Shown piece by piece: positions 1 to 12,350 of a stretch of DNA of 64,000 nucleotides; position 1 is the stretch's first letter; each line of letters opens with the position of its first letter. The stretch is taken from assembly GCA_965240325.2 (NCBI GenBank), contig OZ251234.1:806001-870000 (forward strand). Reading direction: 5' to 3'. The position numbers and the translations under genes are program-made. This DNA is from Rebecca billardiae RCC1528. Lineage: Eukaryota > Protista > Haptophyta. A model generated the notes under the pieces. It made no database searches, was not told where the DNA came from, and saw only the letters and a program-made list of their open reading frames with translations.

Positions 1-136
1 CCGATGGCGGCGGCGGCCATGCATGAACCTCGGCCGCCATCGGGAAAAACCCGTGCTCACCGCCCGGACCACGATGACGATGCAAACCCATGGAACAGTG
101 AGTGACAGAGCATTTGCCCACAGTCAGTTAAGACCA

Positions 137-1816
137 TCAGTTGCCATGAAGAAGAGACCTCGGGGGCGGCGCCGGTGCCAGCCAGCCGAAGAGCCGCCAG
201 CACGCGTCGTCCGCGATGCACGTCGGGTCGATGTAGTCGTGCACCGCAGCCGAGCGGATCGACCAGCCACCCATGTGGCAGATCTTGTCGAGCACAACAT
301 TGATCGCGCTCGACGCGCTCGCCGCGCCCTTGCGCGCTGAGTGAGAAGTCCACTTCTGCCCCAGCGGCGCGCGTGCCCCGAGGTGGTGCAGGACGAGCTG
401 CAGCCACTCGTCCAGCACGGGAGCGCGGAAGCGGCGCCCGCGCTCCCACGGCAGCGCAAAGTAGCTCGCGCCGGGAGGCGCCGGCCCGCGCAAGCGCTCC
501 CACTTGCGCAGCAGGCGCTGCACGTCCGGCAGCGCGCCCTCCGGAATGCGGATCACGCGCGAGTGCCGCCGGTGCGAGCGCCCCTTCTCGCGCACGTTGA
601 CGAGCGCGATCCCGCCGTGCTGCGTGTCGATGTCGGAGCAGCGCAGCGCGGCACCCGTGTCCGAGCGCGCGAACCAGACGAAGTTGAGCACCACCGCGAC
701 CGCAGCGCGGAAAAGCTGCGCCGGCCGCGGATCGCGCGCGGAGACGTGCACGCGCGCACCCAGCGCCCAGTCGAGCGCCTCGGAGACGACGCGCGCCGGG
801 AGGTACACCCGCTCTGCGGCGCGGCCGCCCTGCAGCTGCCGATTGGCGAGGCCCCGCCGAAAGCGGGTCACCGCCGGGCCGATCGCGGGCCGCTCGAGCA
901 GCAAGTCGCGATGCACCGCGTTGATCGCGGAGAGGTACGGCTGCAGGCTGTCCGCCGCGACAGTGCCGCGCGCGCCAATGTGCGCGAGGTAGCGCAGCAC
1001 CGTCGCCGTCGAGGCAGGCAGCGCCGCAGGCGAGTCCGCCTGCGACGCGCACCACGCCTCAAAGGCCGCCCAGTGACGGCCGTATGCGCGAGCCGAGCTG
1101 GACTGTAGGCTGGACGCGAGCGTGTCCAGAACGAACGCCGTTTGCGGCGTGTCGCCCAGCTGCGCCGCCCACGCGCGAGCGGCCGCCGCCGCCCAAGGCA
1201 CGCGCGGGGCAGGCCCCGCCACGTGCGGCGGGGTCACCCGCGCCGCCGCAAGCGGAAAACCGCAAGCGGCGCGAGGTGCGTTGCCCGCATGACCCGCGGC
1301 GACGCCGCCGGGTGCACGTCCACCGAGCTGCTGGCCGGCAGCAGCACGAGATCGGCCGAGAGCTCGAAGAGGCGCTGAAACCAGCTTTGCGCGGGCCAGT
1401 ACGGCGCGACCACCGTCGCGTCGGGGCGCTGCTCCTCGAGCAGCTGCGCGACCTGGTCGAGCAGCCGCGTCGGCGGGAAGACGTAATTGTTCTCGCCGCG
1501 CCAATCGCGCGAGAAGGCGTTCACCGCCTCGACCGCGCCGCCCGCCGGAGTCAGCGCGTTGCAGCGCGCGAGCAGCCGATTGTCCGGCGCCGCAAAGCGA
1601 TCGATCGTGTGCGGCCCCCAGCGGCGCTAACTCGCCAAGCGGGCTGTCGAATATGACGCGGTCGGCGCTTGCATGCCTCCGCAGCGGCGGCGGCAGCCAG
1701 TCGTCGAGCGCGGAGAGCGGGCGCGCCTGCAACTCGGCGCCGCTACGTTGCAAGTAGGTGGCCGCGAGCAGCTCGGCCTTGCACGCGTCGTTGACGCACA
1801 GGGTCACGCAGCGCAT
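137..1816 (-). CDS. Tyrosine recombinase (YR) ORF of a DIRS-type retrotransposon; true start uncertain (probably ~1250 or downstream)
   Basis: SAM-like N-domain (AYGRHWAAFEAWC...YLSAINAVH). Catalytic R in WFARSD, H-x-x-R in HSARKG, then HMGGW and catalytic Y in HDYID. Confidence 0.9.
   Translation of the reverse strand: MRCVTLCVNDACKAELLAATYLQRSGAELQARPLSALDDWLPPPLRRHASADRVIFDSPLGELAPLGAAHDRSLCGAGQSAARALQRADSGGRRGRGGERLLARLARREQLRLPADAAARPGRAAARGAAPRRDGGRAVLARAKLVSAPLRALGRSRAAAGQQLGGRAPGGVAAGHAGNAPRAACGFPLAAARVTPPHVAGPAPRVPWAAAAARAWAAQLGDTPQTAFVLDTLASSLQSSSARAYGRHWAAFEAWCASQADSPAALPASTATVLRYLAHIGARGTVAADSLQPYLSAINAVHRDLLLERPAIGPAVTRFRRGLANRQLQGGRAAERVYLPARVVSEALDWALGARVHVSARDPRPAQLFRAAVAVVLNFVWFARSDTGAALRCSDIDTQHGGIALVNVREKGRSHRRHSRVIRIPEGALPDVQRLLRKWERLRGPAPPGASYFALPWERGRRFRAPVLDEWLQLVLHHLGARAPLGQKWTSHSARKGAASASSAINVVLDKICHMGGWSIRSAAVHDYIDPTCIADDACWRLFGWLAPAPPPRSLLHGN
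1234..1625 (-). pseudogene. DIRS pol remnant: adenine-methyltransferase-like (MT) domain overlapping the YR ORF
   Basis: Reads WGPHTIDRFA..NRLLARCN, then AFSRDWRGENNYVFPP..LL....VVAPYWPAQSWF, the typical DIRS MT motifs. Upstream RT is missing and the RNase H region is degenerate. Confidence 0.8.
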
Positions 1817-2276
1817 CTCCGCTACAAGTGTAGCGACGTGCGCTCTGACGAGGCGTCAGATGAGCGTCGCGACGACTTCTGGCGCGGGCAGCGTTGCGTG
1901 CATACGCCTAAGGCGGACTGCCGAGCAGCCGTGAACTCAGGCCGACGGACGGACAGCCTGTGCGCCGGCCTTGGTGGTGCAATGGCGCGCAATGAAGATA
2001 TTGAAACCGCCCTTGTATTGAAGATGTCTGACCCGCCGCGCGCGTCCCAGAGCTCGGCCGCGTAGAGGCTTCAATCACAGCTTGGGCACGGTCCCTGGAA
2101 GTCGACGGGGTGTGCCACACGTCATCCTGACACTCGTAGCCTGTCAGCTCGGGTGACACATGGCGCGGATTTTTTTTCGCTACGCAGAAATTCGCCATAT
2201 TCGGCGAATTTCGGCGATTTCGGCGATTTCGGCGTAGCGGCGAAGGCTGAGGCCATACGGCGAATCTGCCCATCCC

Positions 2277-2793
2277 TGGAGAGGGGGAGAGAAGGGGGAG
2301 AGAGGGGGAGAAGGAGGAGGAGGAGGGGAGAAGGAGGAGAGAGGAGGGGAGAGGGAGGGAGAGGGAGGGGAGGGGAGGGGAGAGGGAGGGGAGAGGAGGG
2401 GAGAGGGAGGGGAGAGGGAGGGGAGAGGGAGGGGAGAGGAGGGGAGAGGGAGGGGAGAGGGAGGGGAGAGGGAGGGGAGAGGGAGGGGAGAGGGAGGGGA
2501 GAGGGAGGGGAGAGGGAGGGGAGAGGGAGGGGAGAGGGAGGGGAGAGGGAGGGAAGGGGAGAGGGGGAGGGAGGGGAGAGGGAGGGGAGAGGGAGGGGAG
2601 AGGGAGGGGAGAGGGAGGGGAGAGGGAGGGGAGAGGGAGGGGAGAGGGAGGGGAGAGGGAGGGGAGAGGGAGGGGAGAGGGAGGGGAGAGGGAGGGAAGG
2701 GGAGAGGGAGGGGAGAGGGAGGGGAGAGGGAGGGGAGAGGGAGGGAAGGGGAGAGGGGGAGGGAAGGGGAGAGGGAGAGGAGAGGGAAGGAGG
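2277..2793 (+). repeat. Polypurine minisatellite, ~11-bp unit GGAGAGGGAGG
   Basis: ~515 bp made only of G and A on the + strand; potential G-quadruplex/H-DNA. Confidence 0.95.
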
Positions 2794-3980
2794 GCACATG
2801 TCAGAGAGAAGACAGTGCGCATGCTGCCTCGCAAACGCAGCGGATGGTTGGTGCGCTGCGCTGCGCGAGCGTGCTCGCACCATGCTCAAGTCTGGAGTAC
2901 GTATGGGCAGGATCGTCGTTGCGCGCCGAGTAGGTTGCAGCGTCTGCAGGTAGAGAAGGCGTGCTGCACGACTGCCATTTGCGCCCCTGCGCCATGTAGA
3001 TGGAGAGCACCTGCCTGCGCCCACCTGCACGGCAGCACAGGACACGAACACGCGGTGCACACGGCGCGCACACACGGCACGGCAGGGTGGTGCTCTCGCG
3101 CGCACCTGCGTTCGAGAAGCGTGGTGGCACGGGGAGAGCGGATCGATGCACCTTAGTTCGCGCGCGCCGAGCTCTGCCCACGCCGCCGCCGCCCGCTCTC
3201 CGCCGAGCCAGTCGTCACCGTAGCCGTGCGGCGCGCGCGCTCTGCCGCACAGCACAGCACGGCGCGCGGCGCTGAGCCTGAGGCGCGCGGCGCGCCACCG
3301 GCCGCGCGCGCCGCGCCGAGTCCGAGGCCGGTGCCGAGCACGGCGCCACGCAGCGCGACGTGGTCGATGCACCTCCGCCGAGCCGGAGCCCGTGCGCATG
3401 CGCGGTGACATCCGTAGGGCCCCAAGCAGACTGTTCAAGCCACATACACAGGCCAAGTCCATATCGCTGACCTCGGCGTGGCCCGTAGCGTACGCGCAGG
3501 GCGTTCCCTGCCGCCATGGGGCCATGCACACCTCGCCCGAATGCTGCCCGTCGTGGCTTCTATGGCCCCACGGGCTGCCCACGGAGTGCCGCCGACATCC
3601 GCGAGTAGGTGCACACCTCCGAAACAGCCTCGGCGCACGGTTCAAACGACTGGACGCACGTGTGCACGTCCGCCCCCGTACGCCCTGACCATCTGGGCGG
3701 CCAGTGGCGCGCATACCATGCAGTGCATCCACCGCGTCTGCAGCTCGCCAGCCGACCCGCACGTGTGCACGCTGGTCCACGGCTGAAGCGTGAGGAGAGA
3801 CGCGACGAGCTCGTCAGGGGACGGGCCAGGAGGCCGAAGCACGTGCTTTGACCACCCGGCATGCGCTCCGGACCGTGCTGTACGCGGTCGGCGCGCACGA
3901 GCCCCGAATCGGCGTGCGCAAGCGGCAGCCATGGCTGTTACGGTACGTCGCAGTCCGGCGGTTTCCTGCCGTGCCACCTT

Positions 3981-4026
3981 ATCTCGCCTGCCTGAGCTGT
4001 GTGCGTCTCTTATTCTTAGTAAACTG
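3981..4026 (+). mobile_element. Short one-ended insertion (family ending ...TTCTTAGTAAACTG|TA), copy 1
   Basis: Identical to 46011-46056 and to the reverse complement of 31341-31386. Confidence 0.7.
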
Positions 4027-5012
4027 TACAGTTTATTTGTTTTGCGTAAGGCTCACGGTGGCAGGTTGCCGCGCCATCCTTCATCGCACGCAGTAAGCCT
4101 CCCGACATTGTTCGCCATATCAGCGCAGCAAAGCAGCGGCGCGCCACCATACCAGGGGCGTACTTGGCCCACTCCACTGCCGTGCACATGAGGTGCGCCC
4201 GGACCCGATTGCTCGAGTCCTCGCAAATAGGCGTGGCTGTGCATCCTGGGTTGACGTTTGGTACCCGGCGGCCGGCGAGCCCGACTGGCGGCGAGCAGAC
4301 CTGCCTGCGTGCCGCCGGCTGTCGGCAGCCTCCGTGCGCTGAGCCGCGCGCCGCGCGGTGCGTGTGCGACGTAGCTCCGCCCACGCCACGCATGCACCCT
4401 CGCGCCGCGCCGCCAGCTTGGCGCTGCCGTCAGCCAGAGCCGATCGAGTGCATGCCCTAGCCTGCTCCGAGAGCATCAATATGGGCTGCGCGTGGCTGCG
4501 CGTGCACTTTCGTCGCCTAATTTTGCCAGCGTCGAGTTGGCGCGTGGCACGCCCACCTTAGCAGCACGACTCCCGAATGCACAAAAGCCGGGGGTCAGCT
4601 GAATTAATGCAGCTCACACGACCGCGCTCCACGCCGAAAACCAGCCCGTAGCTCGGCCCGCCAGCTGGCTCGTGCATGCGCACCGACTGCCAGGCGCATC
4701 GACACCGTGGCGCACAGAGCGCGGGTGCCGCGGCCGGGTGGGTATGTGCTGACGCGGCTGGGCCTGGTGCATGCGCGGGCGGATGGGCTCTGCCCGGGTC
4801 GGCGCGTAGCGGGCGTGCGGGCTGAGACAAAGTCGTGCCGGAGCAAGTTCGGCAGTCCGGCAACCGTACTAATTTTGTGCCTTGTGGGTCTCTATAATAA
4901 TATTGTGCTGCTCGCGTCTGTGCCCGTGTGGTAAAAGTACGGCCCCGGGACACGACGAGGCTCAGGTTCCAACACTAATAATTCGAGCTAACTAAGCAGC
5001 AGCATCTAAAAC

Positions 5013-6182
5013 CTACACCGCTTCTTTCTGTCGCACCCAGGCCACCTGATCGCCACACAGCTTGGTTAGCAGCACCAGGGCTATTTCGCGATAGACAGTG
5101 CACACAAAATGTATGTCATCCGGCGTATAGAAAAGGTGTGGCCCATGGTGATGGACCTCGGGCGCCCCGACTGTCATGCCGGTGAAGTCGACGACGTCGA
5201 CACCGATCTGCTGGGCGAGGGAGAGTACGACCGTGTCGACTAGGGGCTCATGTTTAAAGGTCCTGTTGGCGTTCTTGGGATCCAGTTTAGCTTGATGCGT
5301 CGTCGTGCCCATGAAGACTCGCGGTGCGCCTGCCCGCGCTGCCCTGAGCAGTGTCTCAGCCAGGCGGCGCGACACCCCGCCCAGCGACCAGTGGTGGCCG
5401 TGCTGCAGGTAGAGATCAGTCGCATGCAGCCCAGGCACATACTCCCTGTATGTCTTCGCCAGGTCCAGCCGCCAGGTGTACGCGCCAGAGCAGCTCCCCG
5501 GCGTGCACGTGATGCTCGCGTTGATCTCGTCGAAGCTTCCAGCGCGCGCGTGCCCGTGCGGCTTCCAGCCCGCCGAGCCGACCTGCGTTAGAAAGGTGAC
5601 CTGCGCACCACCGACGCGGAGGTACCGGTTCTCCACGAGAGTGTCCTCCATGCAGCACTTTACGCGCCAGCAGTCGCACACCTCGTGCTGCCAGAGAGGG
5701 GCGTGCGTGCGCTCAAAGTATGCCTGCCAGCTCGTTTCAGTCGTTGGCTTCTCCCAACGGGCCGCATGCATGCCAAAACTCTTCTCGTAACAGTACGCAG
5801 GCTCGGCGGTCATGTTTGCCCGCTTTGACTTGTCCTGCCATTGCCAGAATGCCTCGTCACCGCTCCACACGCCCGTGACGAGGAACCGTGCGAGGACGAG
5901 GTACAAGTATCGAGTGATCGAGTCGCCCACCAGGACAAGGTGCCGGCCCTTTAAGCACGTAAGTGCCATCCGGCGCGTCGCGCGCACAAGCTCGCATGCG
6001 CCCGGATCGAACGTCCACCCGCGGACAGCCTCGTCACGTCCCCACGACCACGTCCCATCGCCCTCAAAGTTTGAGTCCGGGGAACACGCGGGGCGACGAG
6101 CGCCGGCGAGTGGGTGCGCGACCAGCACCACACACCAAAGCCACCGCAGCACTGTTCGCCAGGTGAGAGCACCTACGCGCAT
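5013..6182 (-). CDS. Secreted/membrane-anchored SGNH (GDS...DxxH) hydrolase, PC-esterase/TBL-like O-acetyl esterase or transferase
   Basis: 389-aa intronless ORF with hydrophobic N-terminus, LKGRHLVLVGDSITRYLY and C-terminal DDIHF. Confidence 0.8.
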   Translation of the reverse strand: MRVGALTWRTVLRWLWCVVLVAHPLAGARRPACSPDSNFEGDGTWSWGRDEAVRGWTFDPGACELVRATRRMALTCLKGRHLVLVGDSITRYLYLVLARFLVTGVWSGDEAFWQWQDKSKRANMTAEPAYCYEKSFGMHAARWEKPTTETSWQAYFERTHAPLWQHEVCDCWRVKCCMEDTLVENRYLRVGGAQVTFLTQVGSAGWKPHGHARAGSFDEINASITCTPGSCSGAYTWRLDLAKTYREYVPGLHATDLYLQHGHHWSLGGVSRRLAETLLRAARAGAPRVFMGTTTHQAKLDPKNANRTFKHEPLVDTVVLSLAQQIGVDVVDFTGMTVGAPEVHHHGPHLFYTPDDIHFVCTVYREIALVLLTKLCGDQVAWVRQKEAV

Positions 6183-7179
6183 GCTCTCAATTCCAGCAAA
6201 TGGCTGATTGGGCCGAGGGTGGTCAGGGTCGCCGACTCCAGGTTGAAGGTGGCCAAGGGAACCAGTTCTTCAAGGGTAAATTCCCCTTTATAACGGGCTC
6301 CGGGTGATCAGACTGGCGGCCGAAGCCTCCAGCCCTACCCTGGCCAGCCAGTAAGGTCTGGCGTTTGCCACTGGCGACTGCACACGGCAACAGGGGCGTT
6401 TGCGCCCTGTTGTCGTGTGCACACTGGGGCGCAAAAGGGGTCACCCTCAGGGGGTTTCGCACTGCTGTTGCCGTGTGCACCGGCCCGCTGTGGCCGTGCA
6501 CACGGCAACAGGGCGCAAACGGCCCTGTTGCCGTGTGCAGGCGTGCATGGCTTGCGATGGCAGCCAGCCGTCAGCAGGGCGCCACGCCCACTGTTCGTTG
6601 GTAGGCTGGCCCGATGGCGTCGCGGAGCTCACGCGTACGGGGGAGGAGGGCATCGACGAGGAGACGACCAAGGGCGAGAAGCAGCAGGGGGCACGCAGCA
6701 CGGGGCTCGGAGCATGCCGCGAGCACGCGTGCCTCCACACCGTCGCACATCAACCTTGCTCGTAGCTGTGCGCTGTGCTGCCACTCATCTCACCATCGCC
6801 CATGCTACGGGCGCGGCCGGGTGGTGGGCATCTACCTGTCGGCGCAGCACTGGCACCGGTGGTCGCCAGACACTCCTCGACTTGCTCTGCGCGTCACAGC
6901 AAGGAGACGGCAGCGGCACAGCTGTGTGAGCTCGCAGATGAAGTGCTCCTCTGCTTTGCGAGGCTGAGAGGCTGAGCACGCGTGGCGAGCGCTGGCATTC
7001 CCCCGCATTCATGAGACCAACAGGTACATAGCCGTGCCCAGGAGCGCAGGACCAACCGCCGGGTGCTGCTTCAAACACCTGCGCCCCACTCTGCCGGCAG
7101 GCTGAGGGGCGCTCTACTCTATGCTGCACGCGGCAGCAGCAGCTGGGCCGTTGGGACGGTCCTGCACGGATGACGGCGG

Positions 7180-8940
7180 TCGCCGCGGCTGACAGCTTGG
7201 TGTCACTGGTTCGAAGGGCCTGGACGACGGACGCGCCGAGCGTGGTGACGCTGCTCGATGCGCCCACGGCACTGCCAAGCGCGCTGGAGCCGCTGCCTCG
7301 AGCACTACTGTGCCCGCGCCCAGCTTGGGCAGCAGCAGCTGCGCTCAACTCCGCGCCGCGTGCCGTGGCAGCAGCAGGGATGGTGCCACGGCGGCCGGCG
7401 GCGGTCGACGGAGCTGTCGGCTCGGCGGTGCACGCCCGAGGGGCCTGGGCGGTGGGCGCACCGAACGCGGTGCCGCTGCTCGCCTCGCCCATGGCGCTGG
7501 AGCCGCTGCCATCCGACGCTGCTGCGCCCGCGCCAAGCTTGGGCAGCAGCGGCTGCGCTCGACTCCGCGCAGAGTGCGGCGGCAGCACCAGGGATGGTGC
7601 CACGGCGGGCGGCGGCGGTCGACGGAGCTGTCAGCTCGGCGGTGCACGCCCGAGGGGCCTGGGCGCTGGGCGCACCGAACGCGGTGCCGCTGCTCGCCTC
7701 GCCCATGGCGCTGGAGCCGCTGCCATCCGACGCTGCTGCGCCCGCGCCAAGCTTGCGCAGCAGCGGCTGCGCTCGACTCCCCGCCGCGTGGGGCGGCAGC
7801 ACCAGGGATGGTGCTACGGTGGCCGACGACGGTCGCTAGAGCTGAAAGCTCGGCGGTGCGCGCCCGAGGGGCCTGGGTGGTGGGCGCACCGAACGCGGTG
7901 CCGCTGCTCGCCTCGCCCATGGCGCTGGAGCCGCTGCCATCCGACGCTGCTGCGCCCGCGCCAAGCTTGGGCAGCAGCGGCTGCGCTCGACTCCGCGCAG
8001 AGTGCGGCGGCAGCACCAGGGATGGTGCCACGGCGGGCGGCGGCGGTCGACGGAGCTGTCAGCTCGGCGGTGCACGCCCGAGGGGCCTGGGCGCTGGGCG
8101 CACCGAACGCGGTGCCGCTGCTCGCCTCGCCCATGGCGCTGGAGCCGCTGCCATCCGACGCTGCTGCGCCCGCGCCAAGCTTGCGCAGCAGCGGCTGCGC
8201 TCGACTCCCCGCCGCGTGGGGCGGCAGCAGCAGGGATGGTGCTACGGTGGGCGACGACGGTCGCTAGAGCTGAAAGCTCGGCGGTGCGCGCCTGAGGGGC
8301 CTGGGCGGTGGGCGCACCGAACGCGGTGCCGCTGCTCGCCTCGCCCATGGCGCTGGAGCCGCTGCCATCCGACGCTGCTGCGCCTGCGCCAAGCTTGGGC
8401 AGCAGCGGCTGCGCTCGACTCCGCGCAGAGTGCGGCGGCAGCACCAGGGATGGTGCCACGGCGGGCGGCGTGGGTCGACGGAGCTGTCGGCTCGGCGGTG
8501 CACGCCCGAGGGGCCTGGGCGCTGGACGCACCGAACGCGGTGCCGCTGCTCGCCTCGCCCATGGCGCTGGAGCCGCTGCCATCCGACGCTGCTGCACCCG
8601 CGCCAAGCTTGCGCAGCAGCGGCTGCGCTCGACTCCGCGCCGCGTGGGGTGGCAGCACCAGGGATGGTGCTACGGTGGGCGACGACGCTAGAGCTGAAAG
8701 CTCGGCGGTGTGCGCCTGAGGGGCCTGGTCGGTGGGTGCATTGAGCGCGCTGACGCCTCTCGCCTCGCCCGGCGCGCTCGAGCCGCTGCCATCCGATGCT
8801 GCCGCGCCCGCGCCCTGTCGCGCCGAGTGCGGCTGCAGCATCAGGGATGGCGCCACGGCGGGCGGGCGGCGGTGCATGCAGCTAGCAGCTCGGTGCTGCA
8901 CGCGCGAGGGGCCTGGGCGGCAGACGCGCGCAATGCAGTG
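7180..8940 (+). repeat. 214-bp tandem repeat array (~8 units) with a 428-bp A/B higher-order period, left arm of the foldback
   Basis: GTCGACGGAGCTGTC recurs at ~7404, ~7618 and ~8046; the alternate unit carries GTCGCTAGAGCTGAAAG. Confidence 0.9.
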
Positions 8941-9779
8941 ACGCTGATGCACGCGTCAGGCGCGCTGGCCAGCCCCCGGAGCTGTTGCTACGACACTTCT
9001 TCTGTCCTTCTGCGAGCCGAGCCGCCAGCAGGTTCCGGGGCGGGCAATGCCGGTCAGCTCATATTCATAAGGCCGGCGGCGCAGACCAGTCGTAGCCCGG
9101 CAGGTAGGCGATGCAGAAGTTATCAGCAGCATCATGCATGCATCGTCATCACTACAATCTACATCAGCATCTGCCTAGACGAGTACGTAAGAACTCTTAT
9201 ATTTAAATTATCCACGCGTACTACGGCACCGAGCATATATATCTCGAATCATCGTCAATCTGCTCCGACTAGCCGTTCAGAGCGGTACTCCGACTACGAC
9301 GATGCATCAGCCAGCTCCGGGGCGGCGGCTGTCCGACACTCTGCCGTCATGTGCGTATATATAAGTGACTCTTACTCCACCTAGCGGTCTATCCGGATCG
9401 GTACCCTGGCGGCGGTGTTGTCGTCTGTCCGCCGTCACAGCCTGACTGCTCGCGTAGCTAGTCACTTATCAGTGATGTGATGGTCTCGTCGTCCGCGTCC
9501 GGACTGTCGCGACGACAAGTCGTGCTGGGCCTGGCGGCTCACAGTGTAAGTTAGTAGAAGCTAACTCATCAATGTAAGAGCATCAGTAGTGAGCAGCAGC
9601 AGTAGCAGCTCGACTGCTGGCGTCATCACCGTGCTACACTCCGGCGCGACACGGTCACGGTCAGCTGGTCAGCAGTCTATACTTACGCCGGGACCGTAGT
9701 ACTGTAGTAGAGTACGTATACGTAGTTTTAACGACGACCGGTCGGCGCGCGCGCCAAGCAGCACTCAGCACCGCCCGAC

Positions 9780-12350
9780 CACCGCCGCCGGCTTGGCCGT
9801 GGCACCTCCCTGCTGCTACCACCGCATGCGGCGCGAAGCCTCCGGAGCGCAGCTGCTGCCAGGCCTGCCAGCTGCAGCCGTGCAGCGGCGCCGGGGCGCG
9901 GGCGCAGCGGCATCGGATGGCAGAGGCTCGAGTGCGCTACGGAACGAGGCGAGCGGCTACACCGCGCTCGGTGCGTCCAGCGCCCACGCCTCTCGGGTGG
10001 GCACTGCCAAGCTTTCAGCTGCTGCGGCCGCCCGCCGTGGCACCATCCCTGCTGCTGCTGCCGCACGCGGCGCGGAGTGGAGCGCTGCTGCTGCTGCCCT
10101 GGCCGGGCGCGGGCGCAGCAGCACCGGATGGCAGCGGCTCCAGCGCTATGGGCGAGGCGAGCAGCGGCACCGCGCTCGGTGCGTCCAGCGCCCAGGCCCC
10201 TCGGGCGTGCACTGCCGAGCTGCCGGCTGCAGCAACCACCGCCGCCCGCCGTGCCACCATCCCTGCTGCTGCTGCCGCACGCGGTGCGGAGTCGAGCGCA
10301 GCCGCTGCTGCCCAAGCTGGGCGCGGGCGCAGCAGCGTCGGATGGCAGCGGCTCGAGCGCCATGGGCGAGGCGAGCAGCGGCACCGCGTTCGGTGCGCCC
10401 AGCGCCCAGGCCCCTCGGGCGTGCGCTGCCGAGCTTCCAGCTGCGTCGACCGCCGCCGCCCGCCGTGGCACCATCCCTGCTGCTGCCGCCGCACGCGGCG
10501 CGGAGTCAGGCGCGGCTGCTGCTGCCCAAGCTGGGCGCTGGTGCAGCAGCATCGGATGGCAGCGGCTCCAGCGCGCTGCGGGAGGCGAGCGGCGATGGCG
10601 CGCTCAGCGCGCCCGCAGCACAGGTCCCTCGGGCGTGCGCCGCCGAGCTTTCACCTGCGTCGACCGCCGCCACCCGCCGTGGCACCATCCCTGCTGCTGC
10701 CGCCGCACGCGGCGCGGAGTCAGGCGCGGCTACTGCTGCCCAAGCTGGGCGCTGGTGCAGCAGCATCGGATGGCAGCGGCTCGAGCGCGCTGCGGGAGGC
10801 CAGCGGGGACACCGCGCTCGGTGCGTCCAACGCCTAGGCCCCTCGGGCGCACACCGCCGAGCTTTCAGCTCCGTCGACCGCCGCCGCCCGCCGTGGCACC
10901 ATCCCTGCTGCTGCCGCCGCACGCGGCGCGGAGTCGAGCGCAGCTGCTGCTGCCCAAGCTGGGCGCAAGCGCAGCAGCGTCGGATGGCAGGGCTCCAGCG
11001 CGCTGCGGGAGGCGAGCGGCGATGGCGCGCTCAGCGCGTCTGCAGCCCAGGCCCCTCGGGCGTGCGCCGCCGAGCTGCCGGCTGCAGCAACCGCCGCCGC
11101 CCACAGTGGCACCATTCCTGCTGCTGCTGCCGCACGCGGCGCGGAGTCGAGCGCCGCTGCTGCTGCTGCCCCAGCTGGGCGTGGGCGCACCAGCACCGGA
11201 TGGCAGCGGCTCGAGCGCCATGGGCGAGGCGAGCAGCGGCACCGCGCTCGGTGCGTCCAGCGCCCACGCCCCTCGGGCGCACACCGCCGAGCTTTCAGCT
11301 CCAGCGACCCACGCCGCCCGCCGTGGCACCATCCCTGCTGCTGCCGCCGCACTCGGCGCGGAGTCGAGCGCAGCCGCTGCTGCCCAAGCTTGGCGCGGGC
11401 GCAGCAGCGTCGGATGGCAGCGGCTCGAGCGCCATGGGCGAGGCGAGCAGCGGCACCGCGTTCGGTGCGCCCACCGCCCAGGCCCCTCGGGCGCACACAG
11501 CCGAGCTTTCAGCTCCAGCGACCGCCGCAGCCCACCGTGGCACCATCCCTGCTGCTGCTGCCGCACGCGGCGCGGAGTCGAGCGCAGCCGCTGCTGCCCA
11601 AGCTTGGCGCGTGCGCAGCAGCGTCGGATGGCAGCGGCTCGAGCGCCATGGGCGAGGCGAGCAGCGGCACCGCGCTCGGTGCGCCCACCGCCCAGGCCCC
11701 TCGGGCGCACACAGCCGAGCTTTCAGCTCCAGCGACCGCCGCCGCCCACCGTGGCACCATCCCTGCTGCTGCTGCCGCACGCGGCGCGGAGTCTAGCGCA
11801 GCCGCTGCTGCCCAAGCTGGGCGCGGGCGCAGCAGCGTCGGATGGCAGCGGCTCCAGCGCGCTGCGGGAGGCGAGCAGTGACACCGCGCTCGGTGCATCC
11901 AATGCCCGGGCCCCTCGGGCGTGCACCGCCGAGCTGACAGCTGCGCCGACCCACGCCGCCCGCCGTGGCACCATCCCTGCTGCTGCAGCCAATGCGGCGC
12001 GGAGTCAAGTGCAGCTGCAGCTGGGCCCCAGCTGGGCGCGGGCACAGCAGCACCAGATGGCAGCGGCTCCAGCGCGCTGGGCAGTGCCGTGGTCGTGTGG
12101 AGCAACGTCACGGCGCTCGGCGCGTCCATCGACGAGGCCCCTCGAGCGAGCGACACCGAGCTGTCATCTGCGGCGAAAGCCGTCATCCGCCGCGGGACCA
12201 TTCCAGCTGCTGCTGCCGCATGCAGTGCAGACTCGAGCGTGGCTGCCGCTGGTGTTGGCGGCCCGGATGGGCGCGGGTGCAGCATCATCAGGTGCCAGCG
12301 ACCCCATCGCGGCGGGCGCGATGGGCCAGGTCGCTGCGTTTGGCGCGCCA
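9780..12350 (-). repeat. 214-bp tandem repeat array (~12 units), inverted relative to 7180-8940
   Basis: Same unit on the opposite strand, e.g. GCGAGCAGCGGCACCGCG at ~10158 and ~10372. Confidence 0.9.

Larger units (their letters stand above)
90..1860 (-). mobile_element. 5'-truncated DIRS (YR) retrotransposon
   Basis: MT remnant followed by an overlapping YR ORF, the canonical DIRS order. Boundaries approximate. Confidence 0.75.

Noticed and set aside
137-1816. Phage or integron integrase acting on the glycan-gene cassettes
   Set aside because: The overlapping MT domain marks it as a DIRS retrotransposon YR, and no attC/attI-like sites link it to the cassettes.
1840-1880. Hammerhead ribozyme cores (CTGANGA) here and at ~18254, ~35499 and ~50076
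   Set aside because: No properly placed GAAA or three-stem pairing could be built by eye.
1908-2953. Pro/Ser-rich (extensin-like) and Gly/Arg/Glu-rich ORFs
   Set aside because: They are translations of the 11-bp purine minisatellite.
7180-12350. CRISPR-like array
   Set aside because: These are contiguous near-identical tandem units with no unique spacers and no cas genes, in a eukaryotic context.
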